Source: Lingula anatina (lineage: Eukaryota > Animalia > Brachiopoda). From it: 64,000 nt of DNA. Shown here one piece after another: positions 63,288-64,000 of the stretch (positions within the stretch are counted from its first letter, which is position 1; each line of letters opens with the position of its first letter). The stretch lies in contig CM120641.1 of the NCBI GenBank assembly GCA_051362555.1, forward strand, positions 744,001-808,000. Direction: 5' to 3'. The notes beneath the pieces are model-generated. The model was given only the letters and a program-made list of their open reading frames with translations. It had not been told where the DNA came from and made no database searches. Position numbers and translations under genes: made by a program.

Positions 63288-64000
63288 TAAGCTTGCCGTT
63301 GTGGTGTATGGTGGTGGACTGGCCCTCTTCATTTAACCTCTTTTAGAAATAGTTTCTATGTATGCAGGAACATGTTCCTAATACAGTACAATTAAAAGTC
63401 TTTGTGGGTTTTCTTTGATCACTGATTGCTGAGTTCACACATATATTTCTATAGATTGCTGAGGTGCAGGGAGTAAAATTGATGCCCTTTTTCTTGATCA
63501 AATGTAAATTTTTCAATGTCTAAAAATCAGTGCAGTTTTCAGCTTAGAGTTCTTTTGCAAAACAAGGCTCGGATTCATTATTGCATGATATAGGAAAGTG
63601 CCAGAAAACTGTGCAATTGTGTTAAGTTCGTTGACAAAGACATGGAACATTTGCCTTAAGGTGTGATTGCCAGTAATAGCCATGTTCTTGGAATTAAAAC
63701 AAATCCCCAGAGATCTGGTGTTGTTTCATCAAAGTAAAAGTGGGCAGGAGAATGGACATTATGCCACCTTAACTGAAAAACATTCTTGAAAATATGAACA
63801 TAAAAATTCACCTTCTTGGAATAGCATCCCACAATTAATTGGTGTGATCTTTGAAACTAAAAGCTTTAGATGTACATTTCACGTTGAATTAATGCTGTTT
63901 TTAGAAGGATTACCTTTATGGCCAAATCTAGGTAATGAATGGTGGGTAAATATATCCTTTCCCCTTTATTCTTGTCTATTTCATTAAGGCACCATGATTA

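Overview
AT-rich, intron-containing animal DNA, most likely an invertebrate such as a mollusc or other lophotrochozoan (inferred from repeat types and gene style). It is not prokaryotic and has no CRISPR array. Bases 1-26.6 kb are almost all nested transposons lying in introns of a + strand gene. They comprise self-nested Helentron-associated non-autonomous elements (HINEs) built from a ~161-bp monomer, and a 14.8-kb CAG...CTG (hAT-like) shell containing more HINEs, a Tc1 remnant and a 4.5-kb TTAA-flanked Sola3-like element. That element has ~545-bp TIRs and two convergent, paralogous, decayed transposase genes. Host genes are: (1) the last two exons and 3' UTR of a probable membrane receptor; (2) its tandem paralog at 31.0-37.0 kb, encoding signal peptide, one V-like Ig domain without the canonical disulfide, TM helix and short tail; (3) a complete 3-exon TTC9C-like TPR gene on the - strand; (4) the first three exons (signal peptide + MAM domain) of a large + strand gene, probably ALK/LTK-like, which continues past the window. 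All coordinates and alignments were read by eye.
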